DNA of 64,000 nucleotides from a virus (lineage: Duplodnaviria > Caudoviricetes): positions 96,001 through 160,000 of the IMG/VR virus record IMGVR_UViG_3300038300_000071; one strand, given 5' to 3'. A program made the translations under genes and the position numbers. Under the pieces are notes generated by a model. The model worked only from the letters and a program-made list of their open reading frames with translations, ran no database searches and was not told the origin of the DNA. Position 1 is the first letter of the stretch. Every line of letters starts with the position of its first letter. Positions 9,119 to 18,710 of the stretch are shown piece after piece.

Positions 9119-12100
9119 ATTGGGAAGAATTGGCAATTAAAGCGGAATTTAAGGAACTTATCAAGATTGCAGGGGAAGAATCGTTCTCGGAAGAGGATAA
9201 GCAGGCAATTATTGAAAGGGTTAAAGAGAAGTTGAGGGATCATGGCGTTAGCAACGTCCATGCTGAAAATCTTATTCTAGAGGGAGATTCGGACGGAGAT
9301 GGTGATGCCGAATTGGTCGCCAGTGCTAGTTCTAAGATTGCGGCTAGTATTATTGCTGAAGAAAATACCCTGTCCGATCTTGGTCTTACGAAAGATACCG
9401 AAATAACATCTGACAATATTGATCAGATTATGGATTATTTTAAAGGGCAAGCTAAAGAAGAAGATTCTGCCGATGAAATAATTAAATCTCTTGATGGTGT
9501 TTTCGATAGGATAAAATTGCTTGTAGACTCGCTTGGTGGTGAGAGCAAGGGAGTTGATGATGAGGAATTGGCGGGAAATGACAAGAAGAAAGAAGCTTCT
9601 TTGAAATGTGCTGAAAAAAATATCTTATCAGATTTTATTGTAGATGAGTTGGTGAAGTATGCCAAGAGATTTGAATATCAGTCAGAGTTGGACAAGTATC
9701 TTAGAGATCATCCAGATGCCGATAGATTGGATCATAGCTATGATAAGAAGGGAGAGTCTGGGAAGGGAAGGCCTAGAAATTCTAAGCTTTGGCCTACTAA
9801 AAACCAGATGGAGACTTATTTAGACAATCATCCAAAAGCTGACAAATCAAAGCATCAGTATAAGAAAGATGACAAAGGCAACGGCCATCCTGATGTTTCA
9901 AAAGTGGATCAGGGAGGAGGTTCTGGCGAAGAAAAGAGAAGAACTCCAGCAGAAAAAGAGAAGGAGTTTTACAAGGATAATCCAGAATTGGATGGGCCAG
10001 ATCTTGAAATACTTACTCCAGAGCAGCAGAAAGAAAAGGAAGACGCTAGGCCAATTTCTGAAAGTCCTGAAAAGCAGAAAGAAATAAGAGATAAGATAGA
10101 AGAGGTAAAGGAAAAGATAGAGGCTGAGAAGTCTGGAGAAAAGCCCTCTGATGGATTGGAAGATTCTCATATTGAAAAGGATACTCCTCATTGGTTTAAT
10201 GAGAATGAGAATATAGATCCTTTGAATAATGTTCAGATGGAAAAAAAAGGATTTGAGAAAGGGTTTTCAGATTTAATGGATGAAGATGTCTTTTATGATG
10301 TTAGAACCGGAAAGGCTCATAAATTTTCAGATCTTCCAAAGAAAGTTAGAGAAAAGCTTGCAGAAAAAGCCAGCACGGGAGAGCTTTGGCACTCACAGCC
10401 TTCTAATAATAGAAAGAATAAGCTCAAACTTAAGGAGACTGCGCCTTTGACCGAGGGCGACAAAGATAAAGGACTTAAGGAAAATTCAAATGATTTATTT
10501 AGCGACAAGGTAAACAAATCAAAGAAAGACTTTTCTAAAGAGATTGTTAAGAATGAAAAAGAAATAAGAGATACGATGGTCGATGAAGGAAAAGTCATCG
10601 GAGATCTGTTTAATAAATTTAGGGAAAAGAGAAATCAGGAAATTCTTGATAACAGTGAAAATCCTGAAAGTGATGTTTTGTTTGATAAGAATGATGAAGC
10701 TTATCATTTTGAAAAGCCTCAAGCTGAATCTGACAAAGGAATGCTGCCTTCTTCTCGCAAGCCTGAGAGGAATGATTCTGTGATGATGAAAAGTCAAAAG
10801 GGGAAAGGGCCAGCTTGGAATGTTGAAAAAATAGAAGGAGATACTGCCTTTTTGAGGAATGAAAAAACTGACAAGGTAATGCAGTCTCCTTTGAATCAAT
10901 TGGAGTTTAGCGATAATAGCAAGTCTGTCAAGAAAAAAGACACTAAAGATAAGCCTCTTGACAAAAAGAAAATGACAATGAAGGATTTCTTAGAGAATGT
11001 TCCAAATGAAGAGGCTCTTACGGATAGGGAAAGAAAGATTGTAGAGAAGATGTTTGACGTTCCTGAGAAGGAATCTCCCAAGAAGGAATCTCCTAAGAAG
11101 GAATCTCCTAAAAAGGAATCTCCTAAGAAGGAAGTGGTTGAAAAGACTACTGATAAGATAGTTCCTAAAAAAGAAGATTCTAATGAACCTGGAACGTCTA
11201 GAGAAGATGTGTTTAAAACTCTTGGATTTAAGCAATTTACTAATAAAAATATTGGCGAGAAATCAAGGGGCTATAGTCCTGACAAGGTTAAGGGAGCTAT
11301 AACATCGATTTATAGAAATATATTAAACTCAAGGCCAGTCCATCCTCCTACAATAGGGAAATTAACTAAGAAGGAGTTGGAAAAAACCATGGATATGTTG
11401 GGAATATCCCATGAGGATCTTGGCACTACTTCTAATTCATCCGTGGGTGACATTGCGAAGGGAGTTGTGAAGGAAGTCAGTGATATGACGCCTGCTTATG
11501 GAGAGGAGAGTGTATCTCGTAGAAATACAAGATATAGTCCAAGCAGCAAGAGAGAAGAGCCTAAGAAAGATGTAGCTGAAAAAAATACAGATAAGATAGA
11601 CCCTTCTCAAAAGGATAATTCCGATGAAAAGCCTCCCGCAGAGAGTAACAGACGAGTTAAACCTAAGCCTTCTGCACGTCTTCAGAAGATTGGAGATGGA
11701 GATTATCAGCATGAGGGAAAGTATTCCCAAAGAATCCAAAAGAGTGGTGGTGGGTATTCTGTTTCCACCAAAGATGGAAACAAGATTTTGCCAGCGATGA
11801 GTTTTAAGAATTTGGCTGGAGTTCGCAGTTGGATAGGATCTGTTAATCAGGGTGATATAGTTTTTGATGGTAAGTCTTGGCAGGATAAGACTCCTGAGAA
11901 AGATTTAGTTGAAAAGGTTACAGACAAGATAGTTCCTAAAAAGGAAGCTCCTAAGAAGGATGTAGTTGAAAAGGTTACAGACAAGATAGTTCCTAAAAAG
12001 GAAGCTCCTAAGAAAGAATCTCCTAAGAAGAAGGATGATTCGTTTAAGGATTTTGAAGAAACGTTAGATCCAAAAACTGTTTCTAAAATAGTAGATGCGT

Positions 12101-15100
12101 ATGGAGACGGAGTAAATAATCATATCACCGATTATTTAGATTCTAATAATATAAAATTAGATAAAAAGCAGCAAGATGCGCTGTGGCACAGGGTGGATGC
12201 TCTGGGAATGGAAGAAGTTGGATCTGGAAGTTACAATGAGCAAAGTTCATTGGATAGAATTGAAGGAAGGCTTCCATCTATAATGGATGCTATAACCAAT
12301 CCTAAGAAAGAAACTCCTAAGAAAGAAACTCCTAAAAAAGATGTAGTTGAAAAGATCACAGACAAAATAGCTCCTAAGAAGGTGTCTCCTGAAAATACAG
12401 TTACTAAGGTTGATGCTCCTAAGGGAGAAGTACCCAAGTTAGATCCTAACAAAGAGCCTAAGGGCGGCCCTAGACAGACTTTCCATTTTGGAAACAAGGA
12501 GTGGGATATAGATCAAGGGCTTAGATATGTAGAAGAGAAAGGATTGAAGCCAGAGTCTGTAAAGACTGACGACCTTAAAGGTTATCTTGGAATTGTCAAA
12601 GTGGATCAGGACTATGCTTCGAAGTTAACAAACAAAGAGCCATTGTTGGCGATTACAAGTGAAGATGGAAGCATGGTTGTTGATGGTTATCATAGAATTC
12701 AAAAGGCGGTAAACGATGGTGTGGAGAATTTAGATGTTGTTTTCCTTAATGATAAGCAGTCTAAGGATATAGAAATACCAGATCATGCTGGAGCGCGTTC
12801 TAAAGCTCATAATGATTTCTACAAGAAAAAAAGGCCTTCTAAGAAAGTAGCTCCTAAGAAAGAAGATTCTAAGAAAGAAGATTCTAAAAAGACAGTTACC
12901 AAGAAAGAAGTTTCTGAGAAGAAATCTCCTGAGAAGGGTGAAATTAGCGTTAGTCACAAAGATAAGAAATTCGATGATACAACTATTAATATTAGCAAGT
13001 ATGAGTCTCCTAATGGGAAAATTGAAATATTCAATAACAGTCCTTGGGCTGGTGGAAGGGATTCAATCACTGAGACAACGGTAAATAAGGACTTTAGAAG
13101 AAATGGAGAGGGATCAAGAATTCTCAAGAAAGCATTGGAGGGGAGGACTCAAGTTTCTGCTCAAACATCCAGCAAGGGTTCAACAACTTTCTTTTATAAC
13201 AATGGGTTTAGACCAGTTGAAAAGCCTGACGCATCTCTCAAAGAGACGGTGGAGATGTTTAATGAGAATCAATCTCTGGGAATGGAGTGGAATGCCAAGA
13301 AGGAAACTCCTAAGAAGGATGTAGTCGAAAAGGTTACAGACAAGATAGTTCCTAAAAAGGAAGCTCCTAAGAAAGAGACTCCTAAGAAAGAGACTCCTAA
13401 GAAAGAGACTCCTAAGAAAGAGACTCCTAAAAAGGAAGCTCCTAAAAAGGAAGCTCCTAAGAAAGAGACTCCTAAGAAAGAGACTCCTAAAGTGGAAGAT
13501 CTTAAAAAGCGCAGGGAGGAGTTACACTATCTTAATGATATTGCTGAAAAGAAAATAAGAGACTTTGATGGTGAAAAGAAACAAAATGGTCAATATAGAA
13601 AGCAATACCAGATGGATCTTGACAATTTAAAGGAACAGTCAGAATCTTATAAGAGAACAATAGATAGAATAAATGATGGTATTGATAAGGAGTCTCAGCC
13701 TAAAAAAGATGTAGTTGAAAAGATTACAGATAGGATAGCTCCTAAGAAGGAATCTCCTAAGAAGGAAGAGTCGGCAGGCGGTACTATGGTGAAGAAGTTT
13801 AATGACATGCAGAATGCCAGCAAGGCTATTGCTGATCACGCCAATGCCAAGATGATGCATGATGGGGCTAAGAAGAAGCATGACGATTATTCAGTGTCGA
13901 AGACAAAAGACGGAAAAGTCGTAAAGAAGTCTCAAAAGATTAAAGACGATCTTAAGAAAGATTTAGATGTTCGAAGAAAGAAGATGGACGATTTGGATAA
14001 AAGCATACCTGCTGAGTTTAAAGGTAAGACATTGTCGGATATGAGCAAGATGACTGGCGATCTTTATACTAAAATAAAGAAAGGGCCTTCCAAATCAGTA
14101 GCTCCTAAGTCAGTAGCTCCTAAGAAAGTATCTCCTAAGAAAGAGACTACCAAGAGTGAATCTGGGAAGCATTATGATTCATTAAAATCTATGGGAACCT
14201 CGGCTGAGCGTAGGAAGTATGTTAAGGATCAAATGTCGGATAAATCTTTATCTAAAAGCGATCAAGCAAAAATACATGAAGATTATAGTAAATTAATGAA
14301 AGATGAAAAGGATGACTTTTCAGATCAGTTGATGGTTAGTCAGGGCGATGCAGCTAAGACCAAAAAGATAATGGATCACATATCTAAAACCAGAGGAGAT
14401 GTTTTTGCAGAAGGCGTAGAGAAGATGGTTGATAAGAAAAAGAAAGAAGCTCCTAAGAAAGTAGCTCCTAAGAAGGTAGAGCCTAAAAAAGAAGCTCCTA
14501 AAAAAGATGTAGTTGAAAAGATTACAGATAAGATAGCTCCTAAGGCGGTAGAGCCTAAAAGAGAAGCTCCTAAGACGGTAACTCCTAAGAAAGAAGCTCC
14601 TAAGAAAGAAGCTCCTAAAAAAGAAGCTCCTAAAAAAGAAGCTCCTAAGAAAGTAGAGCCTAGGAAGGTAGAGCCTAAGAAGGTAGAGCCTAAAAAAGTA
14701 GAGCCTAAAAAAGAAGCTCCTAAGAAGGTAGAGCCTAAAAAAGAGACTCCTAAAAAAGATTTAGTTGAAAAGGTTACAGACAAGATAGCTCCCAAGGAAG
14801 AATCTGGGAAGCATTATAACTCATTAAAGTCTATGGGAACCTCGACTGAGCGTAGGAAGTACATCACGGATCAAATGTCGGATAAATCTTTATCTAAAGC
14901 GGATAAGAAAAACATACATGAAGACTATAAAAAATTAATGAAAGATGAAAAAGATGACTTCTCGCAGCAGTTGATGGTTAGTCAGGGCGATAAAGCTAAG
15001 ACTAAAAAGATAATGGATCACATGTCTAAAACTAGAGGCCAGTCTTTTGCAGAAGGCGTAGAGAGTATGGTGGAGAAAAGAATGAAGGATGGAGAAGAGG

Positions 15101-15504
15101 GAAAGCTCGTCAAGAAGATAATGGACAGTCAGGGAGATGATGACAAGATCAATAAGATCATGGATGAAATCATTGAAACTAAAGGCGAAGATTTCGCAGA
15201 CGGAATTGGAGATATGGTTAAGAATAATAAGGGAAAGATTCCTGTTAGGGAAAAAGCTGAAGCCACAGCAGCGGATTTAAATGAAATAGAAGCGGCTGCG
15301 TTTCTTGAAGGAATGACTGATAGATTAGTCGAGGCTGTAAAAGATAGAGATCTTATGAGAGACACTGGTGGGCAAAGCAAAATGAGAGACAGAGAGCCTC
15401 ACAATAAGCCTCCAAGAGATGATTGCAAAAGCAGGTATAGAAATAAAAGATTGACTCCTGATGAAAGAGATAGGGATACCGATAACGATAAAGATTTAAA
15501 TTAA
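9115..15504 (+). CDS. Giant Lys/Glu-rich modular (polyvalent) protein with ParB/Srx-like and GNAT-like domains; probable internal head protein
   Basis: 2129 aa; VVDGYHR (~12676) ParB/Srx motif; FRRNGEGSRIL...FFYNNGF (~13093) GNAT; many (S/T/A)PKKE repeats; two YLxxHPxAD..H motifs. Confidence 0.75.
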   Translation: MNWEELAIKAEFKELIKIAGEESFSEEDKQAIIERVKEKLRDHGVSNVHAENLILEGDSDGDGDAELVASASSKIAASIIAEENTLSDLGLTKDTEITSDNIDQIMDYFKGQAKEEDSADEIIKSLDGVFDRIKLLVDSLGGESKGVDDEELAGNDKKKEASLKCAEKNILSDFIVDELVKYAKRFEYQSELDKYLRDHPDADRLDHSYDKKGESGKGRPRNSKLWPTKNQMETYLDNHPKADKSKHQYKKDDKGNGHPDVSKVDQGGGSGEEKRRTPAEKEKEFYKDNPELDGPDLEILTPEQQKEKEDARPISESPEKQKEIRDKIEEVKEKIEAEKSGEKPSDGLEDSHIEKDTPHWFNENENIDPLNNVQMEKKGFEKGFSDLMDEDVFYDVRTGKAHKFSDLPKKVREKLAEKASTGELWHSQPSNNRKNKLKLKETAPLTEGDKDKGLKENSNDLFSDKVNKSKKDFSKEIVKNEKEIRDTMVDEGKVIGDLFNKFREKRNQEILDNSENPESDVLFDKNDEAYHFEKPQAESDKGMLPSSRKPERNDSVMMKSQKGKGPAWNVEKIEGDTAFLRNEKTDKVMQSPLNQLEFSDNSKSVKKKDTKDKPLDKKKMTMKDFLENVPNEEALTDRERKIVEKMFDVPEKESPKKESPKKESPKKESPKKEVVEKTTDKIVPKKEDSNEPGTSREDVFKTLGFKQFTNKNIGEKSRGYSPDKVKGAITSIYRNILNSRPVHPPTIGKLTKKELEKTMDMLGISHEDLGTTSNSSVGDIAKGVVKEVSDMTPAYGEESVSRRNTRYSPSSKREEPKKDVAEKNTDKIDPSQKDNSDEKPPAESNRRVKPKPSARLQKIGDGDYQHEGKYSQRIQKSGGGYSVSTKDGNKILPAMSFKNLAGVRSWIGSVNQGDIVFDGKSWQDKTPEKDLVEKVTDKIVPKKEAPKKDVVEKVTDKIVPKKEAPKKESPKKKDDSFKDFEETLDPKTVSKIVDAYGDGVNNHITDYLDSNNIKLDKKQQDALWHRVDALGMEEVGSGSYNEQSSLDRIEGRLPSIMDAITNPKKETPKKETPKKDVVEKITDKIAPKKVSPENTVTKVDAPKGEVPKLDPNKEPKGGPRQTFHFGNKEWDIDQGLRYVEEKGLKPESVKTDDLKGYLGIVKVDQDYASKLTNKEPLLAITSEDGSMVVDGYHRIQKAVNDGVENLDVVFLNDKQSKDIEIPDHAGARSKAHNDFYKKKRPSKKVAPKKEDSKKEDSKKTVTKKEVSEKKSPEKGEISVSHKDKKFDDTTINISKYESPNGKIEIFNNSPWAGGRDSITETTVNKDFRRNGEGSRILKKALEGRTQVSAQTSSKGSTTFFYNNGFRPVEKPDASLKETVEMFNENQSLGMEWNAKKETPKKDVVEKVTDKIVPKKEAPKKETPKKETPKKETPKKETPKKEAPKKEAPKKETPKKETPKVEDLKKRREELHYLNDIAEKKIRDFDGEKKQNGQYRKQYQMDLDNLKEQSESYKRTIDRINDGIDKESQPKKDVVEKITDRIAPKKESPKKEESAGGTMVKKFNDMQNASKAIADHANAKMMHDGAKKKHDDYSVSKTKDGKVVKKSQKIKDDLKKDLDVRRKKMDDLDKSIPAEFKGKTLSDMSKMTGDLYTKIKKGPSKSVAPKSVAPKKVSPKKETTKSESGKHYDSLKSMGTSAERRKYVKDQMSDKSLSKSDQAKIHEDYSKLMKDEKDDFSDQLMVSQGDAAKTKKIMDHISKTRGDVFAEGVEKMVDKKKKEAPKKVAPKKVEPKKEAPKKDVVEKITDKIAPKAVEPKREAPKTVTPKKEAPKKEAPKKEAPKKEAPKKVEPRKVEPKKVEPKKVEPKKEAPKKVEPKKETPKKDLVEKVTDKIAPKEESGKHYNSLKSMGTSTERRKYITDQMSDKSLSKADKKNIHEDYKKLMKDEKDDFSQQLMVSQGDKAKTKKIMDHMSKTRGQSFAEGVESMVEKRMKDGEEGKLVKKIMDSQGDDDKINKIMDEIIETKGEDFADGIGDMVKNNKGKIPVREKAEATAADLNEIEAAAFLEGMTDRLVEAVKDRDLMRDTGGQSKMRDREPHNKPPRDDCKSRYRNKRLTPDERDRDTDNDKDLN
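11062..14800 (+). repeat. Dispersed in-frame repeats: 15-bp PKKE(S/T/A) units and nine PKKDVVEKVTDKI(V/A)PK linkers
   Basis: Linkers start near 11122, 11560, 11893, 11950, 12331, 13309, 13699, 14497 and 14749; a 47-nt string is identical at 11911, 11968 and 13327; tandem cctaagaaagagact at ~13366-13490. Confidence 0.95.
14158..15072 (+). repeat. Internal ~90-aa domain duplication within the giant protein
   Basis: ESGKHY(D/N)SLKSMGTS.ERRKY...FAEGVE.MV at ~14158-14430 and ~14800-15072, with a partial third copy after it. Confidence 0.9.
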
Positions 15505-15518
15505 AGGGGTTAATATTA

Positions 15519-15773
15519 ATGGATAATAAAAAGGTAGAGAAAATGGCAAACAAAATAGCTGGAGCTGATGATCCTCTTGTGAGCGTTGATCAGGCAATTA
15601 ATAGCATTATAGAAAGTATATATGTTATGGATAAGAATTTATCAAAGATAGAAATAAACAGTCCAGAAGAGAAAGCTGCTGTTGATAAGATACAAAATTT
15701 ATTAGATACAGCCATAGCGCCATATATGGCTGATGTAGCTAAGGAGTACTTGACGTTCGAAGATGATGAATAA
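15519..15773 (+). CDS. Hypothetical protein
   Basis: 84-aa ORF; N-terminus KVEKMANKIAG. Confidence 0.7.
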   Translation: MDNKKVEKMANKIAGADDPLVSVDQAINSIIESIYVMDKNLSKIEINSPEEKAAVDKIQNLLDTAIAPYMADVAKEYLTFEDDE

Positions 15774-15780
15774 ATAAAAA

Positions 15781-15800
15781 TTTTATATTTCATCGTTTAT
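15781..15800 (+). promoter_or_regulatory. Candidate phage late promoter motif TTTTATATT-N6-TTTAT
   Basis: Same motif at 23298, 24808 and 31214; partial at 19882 and 33594; all intergenic and upstream of genes in the structural module. Confidence 0.5.
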
Positions 15801-15824
15801 GAAAGAACCTCATGGAGAAAAATA

Positions 15825-16277
15825 ATGGCAAGTGATAAATATACAATTATACATACAGAGATTGAATTTAATCAATACTCACCTTCCCATAGTGGGCAGA
15901 CAATGTATACACCGGGTAAGGCTAGTAGTAAGTCGTTAGACCAAAACTGGCCGACAGATTTTATAATTCCTACGGGAACACCAGCGGTTGATAGTCAAGT
16001 AGATCCTACTAAAGGGCAGACAAGAGCGAGAGTTTTTGTCAGAGGTGGAATGACTGGAGTGGTGTCTGGAATGGATCAAAGACAAATTGATTCTGACAAT
16101 GAGTTAGTAAGCATGACAGGATTGGCTGTCCCTATTCTTGGGATTATTGGTGATGATAGAAGTGGTAGTACTGCGTCGTCTCCAACTGGAGTATATGATG
16201 ATCCAGGTATGCCAACTCAGGATAACAGTGGCGTTAATGAAAGGCAAACAGGGTACAATGGTATAGTTTTACCATAA
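15825..16277 (+). CDS. Hypothetical (probable virion) protein
   Basis: SD GGAG; Gly/Thr/Pro-rich 150 aa. Confidence 0.7.
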   Translation: MASDKYTIIHTEIEFNQYSPSHSGQTMYTPGKASSKSLDQNWPTDFIIPTGTPAVDSQVDPTKGQTRARVFVRGGMTGVVSGMDQRQIDSDNELVSMTGLAVPILGIIGDDRSGSTASSPTGVYDDPGMPTQDNSGVNERQTGYNGIVLP

Positions 16278-16286
16278 GGAAGCTAA

Positions 16287-16793
16287 ATGAGTGATTGTGG
16301 CGAATTAGGAAGTGGTGAGAGTGGGAATTCTGCAGCACGTAATGACTGTAAGGAGACTGAGTCTGAAAAGATAGAGGTTTGTTCCAATGCTACCGAGTCG
16401 GAGAATATGATTGAGAGAATAATCAATTATGTTCCTTTGGAAAAGGATGTCACTTTAATAATGGCTCAAGAGAGTTTCCCTTATCCTGAATTGGGAAAAA
16501 CTGCTAGGCCCGCCGGACAAGGATGCAGAACTTGCGTTCATAAGACCTACTGTGAGGCGTTTTATTGGTTTGTAAGAAGAGATGTTATTTTTTCCGACTC
16601 TCATGTCGGATTGGCTTGCCTCTCTTGGTCGGAGAATCCAGATGACAATGTTCAGTTTGGAAATAAGTATGATATTAATGAGAATACAAGAAGGAATATA
16701 CCAAGTCCTACTTCTCCTATAACGGAGCAGGCTGACCTTGGATATAAGAGTAGTCAATTTAATGACTTAGGAAACGGGCCTTCAGCTCCATAA
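16287..16793 (+). CDS. Cys-rich hypothetical protein
   Basis: CRTCVHKTYC...ACLSW metal-binding-like motif. Confidence 0.7.
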   Translation: MSDCGELGSGESGNSAARNDCKETESEKIEVCSNATESENMIERIINYVPLEKDVTLIMAQESFPYPELGKTARPAGQGCRTCVHKTYCEAFYWFVRRDVIFSDSHVGLACLSWSENPDDNVQFGNKYDINENTRRNIPSPTSPITEQADLGYKSSQFNDLGNGPSAP

Positions 16794-16806
16794 AGGGAAA
16801 ATATAA

Positions 16807-17247
16807 ATGCCAAGAGATTTAAAAGCACCTAGTAAAGACGTAAGCGATAGCTTGCAAGTTTTTAGCAGTAGGAAGAAGTTAGAAGATTTTATTAAGGAGC
16901 AGTATGAAAAAGCTCCTAGAAGAAAGCCAACAAGGGCCAAAGCTTCCAAGGGGAAGAGAGGTACATTGTTTGCAAAAAGAAATAAAAATTTAGCAATAAG
17001 AGAGGCAGCTTTAAGAAAGTCACAGATTGTGATTACTTATAGGAAAACAACGACAGGCGAAACCAATCAATATGTGGTTGCGCCTTATGAGTTTGCCTTT
17101 AAGAGACTTAAGGTGGGAGCAAGGAAGATCCTTTGGGCCTACGATATGAAAGATAAAAGAATAAAGAATTTTGCAGTTAGAAATATTTCAAAAGTTGCAA
17201 TTACGGATAGAAAATTTACGCCGAAATGGCCGATTAAAATAAGCTAG
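16807..17247 (+). CDS. Stand-alone WYL-domain protein
   Basis: IREAA...IVITYRK..GET..YVVAPYE...LWAYD...IKNFAVRNISKV..TDRKF. Confidence 0.75.
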   Translation: MPRDLKAPSKDVSDSLQVFSSRKKLEDFIKEQYEKAPRRKPTRAKASKGKRGTLFAKRNKNLAIREAALRKSQIVITYRKTTTGETNQYVVAPYEFAFKRLKVGARKILWAYDMKDKRIKNFAVRNISKVAITDRKFTPKWPIKIS

Positions 17248-17256
17248 GAGTATGAG

Positions 17257-17733
17257 ATGAAAAGAAGAGGTAGTTATTGGTCAGGAATTTATGGCGGCAT
17301 GATAGAGCGCTTTGAAAAGGGTATGATTGTGGAGCCTGTTGTTGTAAGCAGAAGAGGGTTCTACGGAACGGTGACGGAAGTAAACACGGCTGAAAATAAA
17401 GTTTATGTCGCATGGGGAAATGGAGCTATATCTCAAGAAGATCCAGATATGATTATGCCTTCTGACTTAAATTCAGCAAAAACAAGAAGAGAGTCTTTGC
17501 CAAAAGTTCTAGATAATAAATATAGAACAGTAGCTAAGGAACTTGAATCTAAAGATTGGGAATATAACCCATGGGCAGTTTGTCACACTACAGTTGATAA
17601 AGATAAGAATCCTAAGAAGTTCGAGGATTGCGTCAAGGGCGTAAAAGAACAGCAGGCTTCTAGAAGATCAGTCTATAGTTCGGACAACGGTAAAGTTTAT
17701 CAGAAGACTGTAAAGGGTATAATGAAGAAATGA
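17257..17733 (+). CDS. Hypothetical protein with SH3-like N-terminal barrel
   Basis: FEKGMIV...GTVTEV...KVYVAW; C-terminal NPWAVC...FEDCV. Confidence 0.65.
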   Translation: MKRRGSYWSGIYGGMIERFEKGMIVEPVVVSRRGFYGTVTEVNTAENKVYVAWGNGAISQEDPDMIMPSDLNSAKTRRESLPKVLDNKYRTVAKELESKDWEYNPWAVCHTTVDKDKNPKKFEDCVKGVKEQQASRRSVYSSDNGKVYQKTVKGIMKK

Positions 17734-17945
17734 ATATTGCTGAAGAAATAGCCAAAATAGCTGAGCTTATAGCCGAGGCTCATGAATTGATTGCTTACAA
17801 GCAGTTTAGAAAGAAAAAGATAAAGCAAAAGAGTAAAGATAAAACTAAAGCTAAAAAGAAATATCTTGAGACTAAAGTGAAAACGCAAAAGAAGCAAAAG
17901 AAATACCGTCATAGATGGAAAGAGCAGTTGAAGGGTAGGAAGTAG
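17730..17945 (+). CDS. Small basic protein
   Basis: ATGA overlap; N-terminal MNIAEEIAKIAELIA followed by a Lys-rich tail. Confidence 0.7.
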   Translation: MNIAEEIAKIAELIAEAHELIAYKQFRKKKIKQKSKDKTKAKKKYLETKVKTQKKQKKYRHRWKEQLKGRK

Positions 17946-18006
17946 TTTAAAAAAATCAATATTGCTATTGACAGTATTATGGTTGTGAAACAATAAGGAG
18001 AGAGTT

Positions 18007-18300
18007 ATGGCAAATCCAAAGGCATATCAAACAGTAGTTGCAGGAAGAGTTAGAGAAGATGAGTGTATAGATATGTTTCATCATAATCTTGTAGCCCTGC
18101 CAACTGGAAGAAAGGCCATTCGCGATTCAGGTGGAGGACATCTAACGCAAATGCCATCGGAAAGCACTGCTGGAAATACCACAGTGATAACAGTTGATCA
18201 TTTAGCAGATGATCAACTTGGGAAAGATTCAAGTTTAAGAAGTCCTGAATTGGGAGCCTATACTGGCACTCATGCTCAGGGAACAAATGACGACATTTAA
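18007..18300 (+). CDS. Hypothetical (probable virion) protein
   Basis: SD TAAGGAG; 97 aa. Confidence 0.75.
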   Translation: MANPKAYQTVVAGRVREDECIDMFHHNLVALPTGRKAIRDSGGGHLTQMPSESTAGNTTVITVDHLADDQLGKDSSLRSPELGAYTGTHAQGTNDDI

Positions 18301-18317
18301 AAAGGAGAGCTGTTAAA

Positions 18318-18659
18318 ATGGCAAACGTACTTGGAGTAACTACAACTAGGAATCAAGTTCCTAGTGAAAGAACAGTAATTAACGAAGCATTGAACGATCT
18401 AAACATTAGTGGTGGCGGTTCTGCATCTACTGGTTTTTTCAAAGACAATGCAGTATCATCTGGAGCAAATCTAGCTACTGCGGTTTATAGCGGTGGTGGC
18501 GATCTTGGAACGCCAGTAGCTGAGTCTATCAACGGAACAGCTTGGAGTTCAGCATTGGAAGATACACAAATTGGAAAGCCTACTAACAGAGGTAAATTCC
18601 AAGAGGTTCAAGCTAACACTTATAGCGCTGGAAGTTACAGCATTATAGCTAGAGCTTAA
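18318..18659 (+). CDS. Hypothetical (probable virion) protein
   Basis: SD AAAGGAG; Gly/Ser/Thr/Ala-rich; followed by a terminator. Confidence 0.75.
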   Translation: MANVLGVTTTRNQVPSERTVINEALNDLNISGGGSASTGFFKDNAVSSGANLATAVYSGGGDLGTPVAESINGTAWSSALEDTQIGKPTNRGKFQEVQANTYSAGSYSIIARA

Positions 18660-18664
18660 ATTAT

Positions 18665-18692
18665 AAGGGGTCGTAATGGCCCCTTTATTTTT
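18665..18692 (+). terminator. Intrinsic terminator
   Basis: AAGGGGTC-gtaat-GGCCCCTT followed by a T-rich tail. Confidence 0.8.
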
Positions 18693-18710
18693 ACTTAAGG
18701 ACTTGAGAAA

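Noticed and set aside
13340-13490. Regular 15-bp tandem repeats as a possible CRISPR array
   Set aside because: In-frame PKKET coding repeats with no unique spacers and no cas genes
14376-14795. Minus-strand ORFs (e.g. FLGAS repeats here, 27892-28641, 36595-37068, 60606-61049)
   Set aside because: Antisense shadows of repetitive or biased plus-strand genes, with no RBS or family motifs
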